From a virus, in the IMG/VR virus record IMGVR_UViG_3300029845_000007: DNA of 64,000 nucleotides. One strand, given 5' to 3'. A model generated the notes under the pieces. That model made no database searches, was not told the origin of the DNA, and saw only the letters and a list, made by a program, of their open reading frames with translations. Of the stretch, positions 42,091 through 50,378 are shown piece by piece (the stretch's first letter is position 1; each line of letters opens with the position of its first letter). A program made the position numbers and the translations under genes.

Positions 42091-42585
42091 TTATTTTAAT
42101 AATACGACAACAAGAATAGCTAGCACACTTGTACTAGCTATAAATCCATTACGTTGTTTTTTATATCTCTTAGACTTTTTATACTCCTTATTAAGATTAG
42201 TAATAGCTTCATTACCTATTAACGTTATCCTTCTTATTTCTTCACATTGCTTAGATATAACAGAATCCTGCAAGTAGCTATCTTGAACTTTTAATTCATA
42301 TAACTTCTTGTAGGATTCGTATTGGTTTTTGTACTCTTCTGAAAGTATTAACTTAGCATTGGCTATTCTTAATACTTCTTTATCTAAGCTCCGCTTCGCT
42401 CCGCTATCCCCCATAAAGGGGTGTGATTGCTGTAAACTATCTACCTTCGTCTCTAGTCTCTTGATTCTTAATTCTGACTGGTTTTGACACAAGATATATG
42501 AAGCGTTCGAGGATAGCAATACTATCAGTATCACTAATCGCTTTATTAAATTCTTTCTCATACTGATTAGTATTATTAAGAGCAT
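42091..42585 (-). CDS. Membrane-anchored protein, possibly spanin-like. The ORF is 164 aa, but the real start may be the internal Met at about 42420 inside a copy of the GC-rich element.
   Basis: ORF with an N-terminal TM segment and a C-terminal TM segment. It overlaps the next ORF in another frame. Confidence 0.35.
   Translation of the reverse strand: MLLIILISMRKNLIKRLVILIVLLSSNASYILCQNQSELRIKRLETKVDSLQQSHPFMGDSGAKRSLDKEVLRIANAKLILSEEYKNQYESYKKLYELKVQDSYLQDSVISKQCEEIRRITLIGNEAITNLNKEYKKSKRYKKQRNGFIASTSVLAILVVVLLK
42388..42433 (+). repeat. Extended copy (46 bp) of the GC-rich element: GCTCCGCTTCGCTCCGCT-ATCCCCCATAAAGGGGTGTGATTGCTGT.
   Basis: It is near-identical to the reverse complement of 53261..53300 and shares its 3' half with 49897..49925. 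Confidence 0.8.
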
Positions 42586-42772
42586 TGAGAATAGAATCTA
42601 TTACTAGTTGTAAACTATCTCTCTTTGTTTCTATTTCCTGATATATAGTATCAGGAACGATAAGTGGGACTTCTACACATTCCTTATTTGAAACAAAATG
42701 GGTGAATACTCTAATTCCAATAAATAGTATAATTACTACTAATAGTCCTATTCCAATGCTCTTTAGTTTCAT
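42437..42772 (-). CDS. Small N-terminally membrane-anchored protein (111 aa). Lysis-module candidate.
   Basis: ORF. TM helix at residues 5–25. Confidence 0.4.
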   Translation of the reverse strand: MKLKSIGIGLLVVIILFIGIRVFTHFVSNKECVEVPLIVPDTIYQEIETKRDSLQLVIDSILNALNNTNQYEKEFNKAISDTDSIAILERFIYLVSKPVRIKNQETRDEGR

Positions 42773-43392
42773 ATTATCAAATCTTTTTCTTCTAATAACG
42801 TATAACTGAATATATCTCCGTAAATAGGAATGGATAATTCAACTATATTCATAAGTTCTCTAAAATCAGTATCTCTTGCTAGAACTTGACAACCTGCCGA
42901 CCAACCGTCAACAACAACACTAGCTTCACCTGCCTTATGAATATTAATACCAAACATACCTTCTTCAATAGAAGATTCATCACAGTCCATATAAAAATCC
43001 TTGTTAGCATCACGGAATACTTTAACAGGTTTATGTTGAACTAGAGCAGCATACTGTCCTTTATGATAACCTTTCTTAAAACAACCACGATATTGACCAG
43101 GAACTAGAATTGCACAACCTTTAAAATTAACAGGTTTTTCAAGACTTTTAAATCCTGGGTCAGTAGTACAAGGATAAATAGGAGTATATCTTCTACTATT
43201 ACCTGTCCAATAATCAATTATAAAAGCATCGTTAAACTCATTATTATCACGTTCTTTAGCACGAACTCCAATAAGATTAAGATTATACTTTCCAGTAGAG
43301 AAATAAACATATCCTTTACTTTCCAATGTCTTTCGCCAATCAACTAGTCGACATTTATTTATTAACGCATCATTATATTTAAAACCACTCAT
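42769..43392 (-). CDS. Putative cell-wall-active enzyme with a YkuD / L,D-transpeptidase-like His...Ser-x-Gly-Cys signature (207 aa). Endolysin candidate.
   Basis: The segment GINIHKAGEASVVVDGWSAGCQV places a His 17 residues upstream of a SxGC motif. It is adjacent to small membrane proteins. Confidence 0.35.
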   Translation of the reverse strand: MSGFKYNDALINKCRLVDWRKTLESKGYVYFSTGKYNLNLIGVRAKERDNNEFNDAFIIDYWTGNSRRYTPIYPCTTDPGFKSLEKPVNFKGCAILVPGQYRGCFKKGYHKGQYAALVQHKPVKVFRDANKDFYMDCDESSIEEGMFGINIHKAGEASVVVDGWSAGCQVLARDTDFRELMNIVELSIPIYGDIFSYTLLEEKDLII

Positions 43393-43397
43393 AATTA

Positions 43398-44396
43398 TTA
43401 TACAAATAAATTCATTTGTTGTTTCTGACTTCCATTAACAGTTTGATAACGAATATTAAGCATAGTATCTATTTCAGGTTCTAACCTAGATATTTTATAC
43501 CATTTAGCTGTTTCTGTCCTACTTTCATCAATATGAAAACCGTCTTTAAATCTTTGAGGTCTACCATATTGGTTAAGTATAAATGGAACTTCAATATGAC
43601 AAAGAGCTAAACCTTTACATGGTAAACCAGTAATAAGATGAACCATTTTAGCATATAAGTTTAATTGTAAACTATATGTAGTTCCATTACAATTAGGAAG
43701 ACCACCAAAAGGTGGAAGAAGAACATCTTCAGGTTTATGTACCCATTCATCTGTTTCTTGAACAGGTCTAACACTCTTATCTTTCTTATAATAACCTGCC
43801 TGAAATCTAAGACCAGTACGATTAGTTTTCCAATCTAGTATAACGAATCCGTCCTCTCTTATAGGCAATATATCAATAGTACCACTAACTAAATACTTCG
43901 GAAGAAAAGCTCCTATCTCTGAATAAATCTTATAATCTCTTTCAGTATAGAACTTAAATACTTTATATATTTCTGGGTATTTGTTTTCGGTATGGTCAAT
44001 AAAAGCATCAACATCAAGAAGTTTAGTATGACTATCAACAACATCTAAATCAGCAACAGTAACCATTTGTTTACTCTCTTGCTTATTAAGATATTTAATA
44101 GCATTAAAGAACTTACTATTTTGACGAATACCTTCTTCAAAGCTATTATGATAAACATTACCCATATCACAAGCCTTGTCTCTTATCTTATCCCATTGAT
44201 TCTTTATATCTTTAATAGAAGTATTTTCTTCTTTAGCTTTATATTTAGCCCAATAATTAGAATCGAACTTAGGAACATAAGAATGAATAATTGTAGTAGC
44301 ACTAATATAAGAATTACCACAATTATCTGTATACTTATGAGTAGGTTCATCAAAGTATAACTTCGTTTGTTTATATTCAGATTTTACAGGTATCAT
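43398..44396 (-). CDS. PD-(D/E)xK nuclease of the RecB/Cas4/lambda-Exo family (332 aa).
   Basis: The segment GTIDILPIREDGFVILDWKT followed by YSLQLNLYAKM fits the D...D/E-x-K and QhxxY core motifs. Confidence 0.5.
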   Translation of the reverse strand: MIPVKSEYKQTKLYFDEPTHKYTDNCGNSYISATTIIHSYVPKFDSNYWAKYKAKEENTSIKDIKNQWDKIRDKACDMGNVYHNSFEEGIRQNSKFFNAIKYLNKQESKQMVTVADLDVVDSHTKLLDVDAFIDHTENKYPEIYKVFKFYTERDYKIYSEIGAFLPKYLVSGTIDILPIREDGFVILDWKTNRTGLRFQAGYYKKDKSVRPVQETDEWVHKPEDVLLPPFGGLPNCNGTTYSLQLNLYAKMVHLITGLPCKGLALCHIEVPFILNQYGRPQRFKDGFHIDESRTETAKWYKISRLEPEIDTMLNIRYQTVNGSQKQQMNLFV

Positions 44397-45112
44397 TTTG
44401 TACTCTCGTATTTCCCCCGTAAAGGAGCGTTGACAATTGTATCACTTACTAATCCTAGCTCTCTCTTTTGAGCCTCTACTTGAGCTTCCAAATCACTAGC
44501 ATCTTTTGCAGACATAGACATAGTAACAACCTTACCACCTCTAGCTTTCTTTTGCTCTATTTCAAGAGCAGCAGCTTGTTTAGCTTCACCTAAAGCTTTA
44601 ATTTGATTAGGAATGATATTAATAATACCATTTAGTTTTGTCACTAAATCAATAACTGGTAAAGCATCTTCGGCTTGTAAACCAGAGTTTAACTTATTAG
44701 TAAGTTGCTCACTAATAATATTTGCTGCACGAGAACTATTATGAACAGCTCTAAGAATACTTTCAAGAGCTTCTCCTGCAACACCCATTTTATCTTCATG
44801 ATATCTATCAATAAGACGAAGAATAAGAGCATCAGGATTCCAATCAGCAGGAAGACCATAATTAGTCTTTGCAGAAGCTAATGCTTCAGAACGACTATAT
44901 CCCATTTGATTAGGTGGAGATTTAGGGTCGGCTACATAAAAGATAACTCCGGCTTCTTTAATATACCGAAGTTTATCCTCACTATTATCACGAAGATATA
45001 ATTCTCTTACATCTTTATCCTGTATCTGATAAACGTTAGGAGCATAGGGATAACCTTGCTCATTAACACTAATCATACCACTTAAATCCAATGGGGAAAT
45101 CTTCGCAATCAT
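44393..45112 (-). CDS. Hypothetical protein (239 aa).
   Basis: ORF with a 4-nt overlap with the nuclease gene. Confidence 0.6.
   Translation of the reverse strand: MIAKISPLDLSGMISVNEQGYPYAPNVYQIQDKDVRELYLRDNSEDKLRYIKEAGVIFYVADPKSPPNQMGYSRSEALASAKTNYGLPADWNPDALILRLIDRYHEDKMGVAGEALESILRAVHNSSRAANIISEQLTNKLNSGLQAEDALPVIDLVTKLNGIINIIPNQIKALGEAKQAAALEIEQKKARGGKVVTMSMSAKDASDLEAQVEAQKRELGLVSDTIVNAPLRGKYESTK
44411..44440 (+). repeat. Copy of the GC-rich element (TTTCCCCCGTAAAGGAGCGTTGACAATTGT). It overlaps the 3' end of one gene and sits 15 nt upstream of the ATG of the next.
   Basis: Read directly from the sequence. Confidence 0.8.
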
Positions 45113-45614
45113 AACCTTCTCTATTTAATAGATTAATATAGTAATCAGAATCATTAACTGGTTTCATCTTACTAAAGAAATACATATATAGTTTATAACC
45201 ACGTTCATCTCTACCAAATTGTCTAAGTTTTCGTCCAGCTAGAACTTTATTAAGTCTAATTGTACGAGATATTATAGTAGTTCTACTTTTAAATCTACGA
45301 CGTTGAACAACCCTAGACAATATAAGACCTCTTCTAAACTCTTTGTATTCTTCAGGAGTAAGCTCTTGCCTTTTCTCTTTCATTAAAGCATGATGCTCCA
45401 TTGCATCAAGTTTACCTTCATTCGGAAAGAATGAACCGATACGAGGAATTGTAACTCTCCCCATAATCTTAATTCTATTGACTACTTGACTTTCAATATC
45501 ATCAACAATATCATTAATAATAAGAGCATCTTGGGGAGTGACACCTAATAGAGCAATAATATCAGCTCTATCAAGCATCAATTCTCTCTTCTCTTTTAAA
45601 TCAATAGACGGCAT
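45069..45614 (-). CDS. Possible IHF/HU-like DNA-binding protein (181 aa).
   Basis: The beta-arm-like segment GRVTIPRIGSFFP recalls the HU/IHF fold. crAss-like phages are known to carry an IHF-like gene in this module. The assignment is weak. Confidence 0.3.
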   Translation of the reverse strand: MPSIDLKEKRELMLDRADIIALLGVTPQDALIINDIVDDIESQVVNRIKIMGRVTIPRIGSFFPNEGKLDAMEHHALMKEKRQELTPEEYKEFRRGLILSRVVQRRRFKSRTTIISRTIRLNKVLAGRKLRQFGRDERGYKLYMYFFSKMKPVNDSDYYINLLNREGYDCEDFPIGFKWYD

Positions 45615-45617
45615 CTA

Positions 45618-46307
45618 TTATATTTGTAATAAGTTTGTAGCAACAATAAACTTTTGAGGTTTACCATTAGGAATAAGACCTTCAATAGTATTCTGTCCTT
45701 GAATATCAGAAAGACGAACAATCTTATAACCAACACAAACTACTGTTTCAGCAATAGTAGTAATCAATTTACCATTGTCACCTTTCTTTTCAATAGTCGC
45801 AGGACTTACCTCATTACCAAGTAAACTAATAACAGAACCAGTACTAACCTTACGGAATATCTCACCACGAGCAATACTTATATTTAAGTCTTGGTCACTA
45901 CGAATAAATTCAGCAAGATTATAAGGAGTAAGTTCATTGCTACGAGGATTACAATCTATACCCATAAATACGTCAGAAGGAGCGACATATAAGAAACGAT
46001 TAAGCAAAGCTCTATCGCCTTCTTTAACATCATCACTATAATTAGCTTTAACTAATATGAACTTAGTATTACCAGTACCTTTTAAGTCAGGATTAATAAT
46101 TTCACGAAGTTTAGCAGTCTGAATAATAGCAACAATACCAAAATGCTTGAAAGGAGTAATATTCTTAACTCTTTCAGAAACATATTGGAAATCAATTTCT
46201 GCCATGTGTTGAGGAACTAGGAAAGTCTCTCCTTTAGTTTTGTTCTCTAAGTGTAGCATAATTACTTTAATTAGATTATTAATATTATTAATTAAGTTGA
46301 CTAACAT
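45618..46307 (-). CDS. First gene of the minus-strand operon. Hypothetical protein (229 aa).
   Basis: ORF immediately downstream of the divergent control region. Confidence 0.55.
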   Translation of the reverse strand: MLVNLINNINNLIKVIMLHLENKTKGETFLVPQHMAEIDFQYVSERVKNITPFKHFGIVAIIQTAKLREIINPDLKGTGNTKFILVKANYSDDVKEGDRALLNRFLYVAPSDVFMGIDCNPRSNELTPYNLAEFIRSDQDLNISIARGEIFRKVSTGSVISLLGNEVSPATIEKKGDNGKLITTIAETVVCVGYKIVRLSDIQGQNTIEGLIPNGKPQKFIVATNLLQI

Positions 46308-46689
46308 TACTAACTGTAATATAACCGTCAGTCATTAATAGCACAAGTATACGAATAATATCTATATCATCAATATCTAACTAGTTAAAAAACCTTTAGA
46401 ATTGTATTCTCTGTATAATTCACATCCATTCACACTAGTTCACATTAGTATACACTCTAATACAAGTCCACTACTTAACTAAAATATCGACTAAATCTTA
46501 CCATTCTATTTTTACAATCCTAATGCTAAATCTTCGGACTCTTCGATAGAAGAGGAGAAAGGTAATACACAATAAGACACAATAGACAACTAATACTATA
46601 TAATATAAGTAAGACCAATTAAGGACTTAAAGGAATTAATTAGACTAATAGGACTAACTAATAAGATAATTCTTCTATAAGAAGAGTTA

Positions 46690-46870
46690 GACTACTAACA
46701 ACAATAGATATACAGAAGGGAATTAGAAATACTATTAGAACTAACTAATGTATATAGACTTAGAAATAGGACTGGAACTACTGTTAGAAATAGAATTAGG
46801 AATAGGACTAATAATGAACTTAGAAATAGGATTAGGACTATTAGAAGAAATAAACTTAGAGGTACTACTA
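46690..46870. repeat. Degenerate tandem array of TTAGAAATAGGAnTAGGACTA-like units (4–5 copies). Iteron-like.
   Basis: Read directly from the sequence. The ORF 46748..47008 is just the translation of this array. Confidence 0.75.
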
Positions 46871-46978
46871 TTAGTGCTGCCCCACAAAATAATATTTTTC
46901 ATGAGTATATTTTTATCGAGACGAAGCTCCTACCCTGATAGCCCCCTGCTCTCAAACCAATTCCAATACCCCCGTCAA

Positions 46979-47005
46979 GACCAAATGACTTTAAACATAT
47001 TGCTA
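46979..47005 (+). promoter_or_regulatory. First copy of the conserved 27-bp box (GA)CCAAATGACTtTAAACATATTGC. Candidate early promoter or operator.
   Basis: A near-identical sequence recurs at 47368 and 47404. Confidence 0.4.
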
Positions 47006-47007
47006 TA

Positions 47008-47187
47008 ATGTTTAATTTAATACTAATGTTTATGATATTCTTGATATTGTTATTGGTTGCAGTTGTTATGACTACTGCAACTTATCGTTCTGTTGTTAAT
47101 AAACAGAGACGTGATTGGAGAGAACATGGTCGTGCAGGCGAGACTTATGAACAATTTTGTTCACGTTATTATACTAGATACGTATGA
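47008..47187 (+). CDS. Small hydrophobic protein (59 aa, MFNLILMFMIFLILLLVAVVM...).
   Basis: Manual translation. It lies just below the ORF-track cutoff. Its stop overlaps the next small ORF as ATGA. Confidence 0.25.
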   Translation: MFNLILMFMIFLILLLVAVVMTTATYRSVVNKQRRDWREHGRAGETYEQFCSRYYTRYV

Positions 47188-47366
47188 GTACTCGTGATAA
47201 GATTAAAGTGGTACACTTGGCATTAAGTATGCTAGGTGTGCCAGTATTCATACATCTAAGTTACATTAAATTGTATGATAATCATGTGAATAGTTTCTTA
47301 ATACTATTGGTCGTACTAGTATTGATACCAGACATAAATAATATAGTAAAAGAACTATTGAACTAG
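47184..47366 (+). CDS. Small membrane protein (60 aa).
   Basis: ORF with a hydrophobic helix. Confidence 0.25.
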   Translation: MSTRDKIKVVHLALSMLGVPVFIHLSYIKLYDNHVNSFLILLVVLVLIPDINNIVKELLN

Positions 47367-47367
47367 T

Positions 47368-47437
47368 CAAACCAAATGACTATAAACATATTGCAGTTAC
47401 TATCAAACCAAATGACTATAAACATATTGCCATTGTG
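47368..47437 (+). promoter_or_regulatory. Tandem duplication (36-bp period, 2 copies) of CAAACCAAATGACTATAAACATATTGC. It lies 70–140 bp upstream of gene 47506. Candidate promoter or operator.
   Basis: Read directly from the sequence. Confidence 0.45.
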
Positions 47438-47505
47438 TGTGTGGTTAGGATGCACATTGGTTGAACAGTTGCTAACCGATTTATAACATTTAATTTATTT
47501 GTATT

Positions 47506-48180
47506 ATGGGAACAAGAGTTAATGATGCAGCTAGAAAAGCTGCTGAAGAAGCTGCTAAGAAAGCTGCCGAAGAAGCTAAAGCTAACGCTAGTAATGATGC
47601 TAGTAACGATGCTAGTAATGATGCACGTATCGTTGATTTGTCCGAGTATCACGGAAAAGACGCAGACGATATTACTCGTCTGTTGCTTGACCGTCCTGAT
47701 TTCGAGAATCACGATAGCTTGATGATTACTAATATCATTGATAATAGCAGTCGTTATGCAGGTGCTCTTACCATTGTTGTTAACCGTAACCTTCCACAGT
47801 TTGTGAAAGATGCTGCAAGTGGTGATTATGTCGAGTCTGTAACTCGTAATATCTTTACCACTCGTATTCAGCTATCTGCAATACTGAAAGGTCAAGGCGA
47901 ACCAATGCTTGCCAATGCTGTTATGACTGCACCGTTATCAGTGCTGCACGTTATCTTCAAGAAGGCACGTATTAGCGTGCTTGGACACGTGCTTGGAGCA
48001 GGTGAGATATTTGTAAATCCGTATGCCAGTAAAATGGCTAAGGAGGAACGTGTTAATGAACACGACCGTTACGAGTATTTCCCATACGAACTAAGTATGC
48101 GTAGTTTGTCCCTTGCGGACGAAATGCTCGTAGCCGACATGTTGGCTAAATACCAGCCTGATGCAGAGAGTGCTGCTTAA
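47506..48180 (+). CDS. GC-rich foreign-looking protein (224 aa) with an N-terminal Ala/Glu/Lys-rich helix and (NDAS)3 repeats. Function unknown.
   Basis: ORF whose codon usage and GC content (roughly 45–50%) differ sharply from the flanking DNA. A perfect 10-bp stem with a GAAA tetraloop hairpin follows the stop at 48191–48214. Confidence 0.65.
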   Translation: MGTRVNDAARKAAEEAAKKAAEEAKANASNDASNDASNDARIVDLSEYHGKDADDITRLLLDRPDFENHDSLMITNIIDNSSRYAGALTIVVNRNLPQFVKDAASGDYVESVTRNIFTTRIQLSAILKGQGEPMLANAVMTAPLSVLHVIFKKARISVLGHVLGAGEIFVNPYASKMAKEERVNEHDRYEYFPYELSMRSLSLADEMLVADMLAKYQPDAESAA

Positions 48181-48338
48181 CCAGTTACGTAGGAGAGAGA
48201 AATCTCTCCTACTAAACTAAGAATACACCATTCGGCACGTGTTCGACAATACTACCGACTTATGCTCGCCGTCCGGCAAAGCCTTCGGGCACAGCCGTCA
48301 GGCAAAGCCACTAAGGATTGGAAACGACACTAGTCACC

Positions 48339-48390
48339 TGATAAGCGAAATGCTACAACTGATAAGCGAATCCAACCAACTGATAAGCTA
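48339..48390 (+). repeat. Three direct repeats CTGATAAGCGAA / CTGATAAGCGAA / CTGATAAGCTA at 20–21 bp spacing. Iterons.
   Basis: Read directly from the sequence. The third copy overlaps the stop of the wHTH gene. Confidence 0.8.
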
Positions 48391-48903
48391 TTTGTCCGAA
48401 TACAGTCTCATGTAATCCGATACGAACTTGTTTCTATCTCCCATGAACATCATATTATGGTTTATGATATAGACATTGTTCTTATCATTAATAGCTTTAG
48501 CTATAAAGTTAGCATCGATTAGTTGACGGATACCGTCACTTATTCTCTGTTGACTAACAGACAATTCACCAGCAATCTTAGTTTGGTTAAGTACTATCCA
48601 GTTACAACCGAAACCTATATTCCTATATATGTAATTCAACATGGATAAACCATGGGTCTTTAAATATCTTAGGTTAGACATTCCATCGAAGTACAACTGC
48701 ATAAAGTTACCTGTATATCTAACTTTATCATCTTCGATTACAACAATTGTCTTACCTGTCTTATTAGCCCATTGTTTAAGCTCGTCAAGACTGTCGTCAG
48801 AACAATCTTTAGGATTAATATTAAAAGGAAATACAGTAGGTTTGATAAGATTGTCCACTGGTTGGACTTTAGCATTAGCTTTAGCATTTGTTTCTACTTT
48901 CAT
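48388..48903 (-). CDS. Winged-HTH DNA-binding protein (171 aa). Either a small Rep-like initiator (RepL-like) or an autoregulated repressor.
   Basis: The segment ELSVSQQRISDGIRQLIDANFI is HTH-like. Iterons lie at its 3' side and two palindromic operators in its promoter region. Confidence 0.6.
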   Translation of the reverse strand: MKVETNAKANAKVQPVDNLIKPTVFPFNINPKDCSDDSLDELKQWANKTGKTIVVIEDDKVRYTGNFMQLYFDGMSNLRYLKTHGLSMLNYIYRNIGFGCNWIVLNQTKIAGELSVSQQRISDGIRQLIDANFIAKAINDKNNVYIINHNMMFMGDRNKFVSDYMRLYSDK

Positions 48904-48945
48904 AATTGTTAATTTATAGTTAAAAACTCATTTTCGGCTTCTAAA

Positions 48946-49008
48946 TTACACAGATTTGCGTGTAAAAACAAGCATTACACCTAGTATTTTACACAGATTT
49001 GCGTGTAA
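48946..49008. promoter_or_regulatory. Two copies of the 20-bp palindromic operator TTACACagatttgcGTGTAA, 43 bp apart, with an extra ATTACAC half-site between them.
   Basis: Perfect 6-bp inverted half-sites with an 8-bp spacer. They lie 40–105 bp upstream of the wHTH gene start. Confidence 0.7.
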
Positions 49009-49059
49009 TTTGAAATTCGTAACTGACTGATAATGACCGATTTAACATAAAATTAACAC

Positions 49060-50330
49060 GCTATAACAAGATAGGGAATCTTGTAAAAAATAGATTTTTA
49101 TTTTGTATATGCAAATATAATACTATTTTTTTTATTAGCTCACCTATTCGATGACTATTGTCGTAGACAATAGGAAGAAGCTCATACAATAACAACAGTA
49201 GTATCAACAATAGTATTATCAACATCAGTAGTATGAATAGTATGAATAGTATTATCAACATCAATAGGAAGAAGACTATTACTAATATCAATAGCATCAA
49301 TAGTAGTATGAATAGTAAGATATAGAGATGATAGCGAAACTACATTCCCTTAACTCAATATAACTCCTCACACTTACTAAATTAAACCTCTTAATGTTTA
49401 CTTTTGAACCTATTCAAAATCCATATAGAGTATAAATCAAATTTATTCGATTGTACTATTATCGCTATGTTTCCGATACTATATTTCCGATACTCTATCG
49501 TCATTGTTACTATCGTCATTGTTATTATATTATATTATTATACTATCACATGTTATTACTATTACTATTAGGTTTTAATCTAATCTCACTATTGCCAATC
49601 TCACTATATACTATTAGTATTATATCTTGGTTGTATTGTATGAGGTCTAGTTCCTATTCTTACAGAATAGTTCACTAGTATATTAATACTATATATAACA
49701 TCTGATAACGAGAATACCAATAGATTGAATATAAGGCTATATAATAGACTGGATAGTATTATTACCAATAGATTGGATAATAGAATAAGTATAGTAATAT
49801 GTATAAATATGTATAGATATGTATTACTATTAATATCTAGATTACTATTTGGTTTGTTACTTAGCTGGTCTAGTCCCGCTCGCAAAGCTCGCTTTTCTCC
49901 CCCATAAAGGAGCGTGATTGCTGTTACATCTTCACCTTTTATTTACCATTTAACTTATATCATTATGAATACCGATATTTATTTCTTTATAATAACTGTA
50001 TTACTATTTGTTATTACTACTCTCTTACTGAATAACTATCTCATTGATAAGAAGTCTAATATTTTGTCTATGACAATATTTATTATAGCTGTTATGGCTA
50101 TCGTTATTATCTGTGTTGCAATATTTAATCTTTCTAGTATATGACTACTTATCAATTCCATATATTTCTATCTTTAATTGGAATAGTTATATGTCTGTTG
50201 TATTTGATGTTTAATTACCTTTCTTATAAGAAGGTTTTTATCGTCCGTTCTTTAGTTCAAACTATAATAACTTATATAATAGTTATTAGCTTTATTCGTT
50301 TACTATATCGTACTATATTATTATGATATA
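49060..50330. repeat. AT-rich repeat-dense region and probable replication origin. It contains the palindrome CTATTGTCgtaGACAATAG (49156–49175). Several short motifs each occur as two or three direct copies: agtagtatgaatagta, tattatcaacatca, tttccgatact, atcgtcattgtta and accaatagattgRata.
   Basis: Read directly from the sequence. It lies in the strand-switch region. The ORFs called here are low-complexity hydrophobic translations of AT-rich repeats. Confidence 0.6.
49897..49925 (+). repeat. Copy of the GC-rich element TCTCCCCCATAAAGGAGCGTGATTGCTGT. Its AAGGAG-N4-GTG provides the start of ORF 49914..50144.
   Basis: Read directly from the sequence. Confidence 0.8.
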
Positions 50331-50378
50331 GATTCATTACTTTTAAAATTAAATTCTTAATAATTAATACATGTATTT

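Noticed and set aside
46748-47008. 86-aa ORF (MYIDLEIGLELLLEIELGIGL...).
   Set aside because: It is simply the translation of the tandem TTAGAAATAGGA iteron array. Its periodic LEIGL peptide gives no evidence of a gene.
46690-49340. CRISPR array.
   Set aside because: The repeats are degenerate iterons or short direct repeats, without regularly sized unique spacers. No cas genes are present.
49061-50326. Several 60–90 aa hydrophobic ORFs in the AT-rich repeat region, on both strands.
   Set aside because: They are poly-Leu/Ile translations of AT-rich direct repeats. They are kept only as a low-confidence possibility of tiny membrane peptides, such as the ORF starting at the element-borne GTG at 49914.
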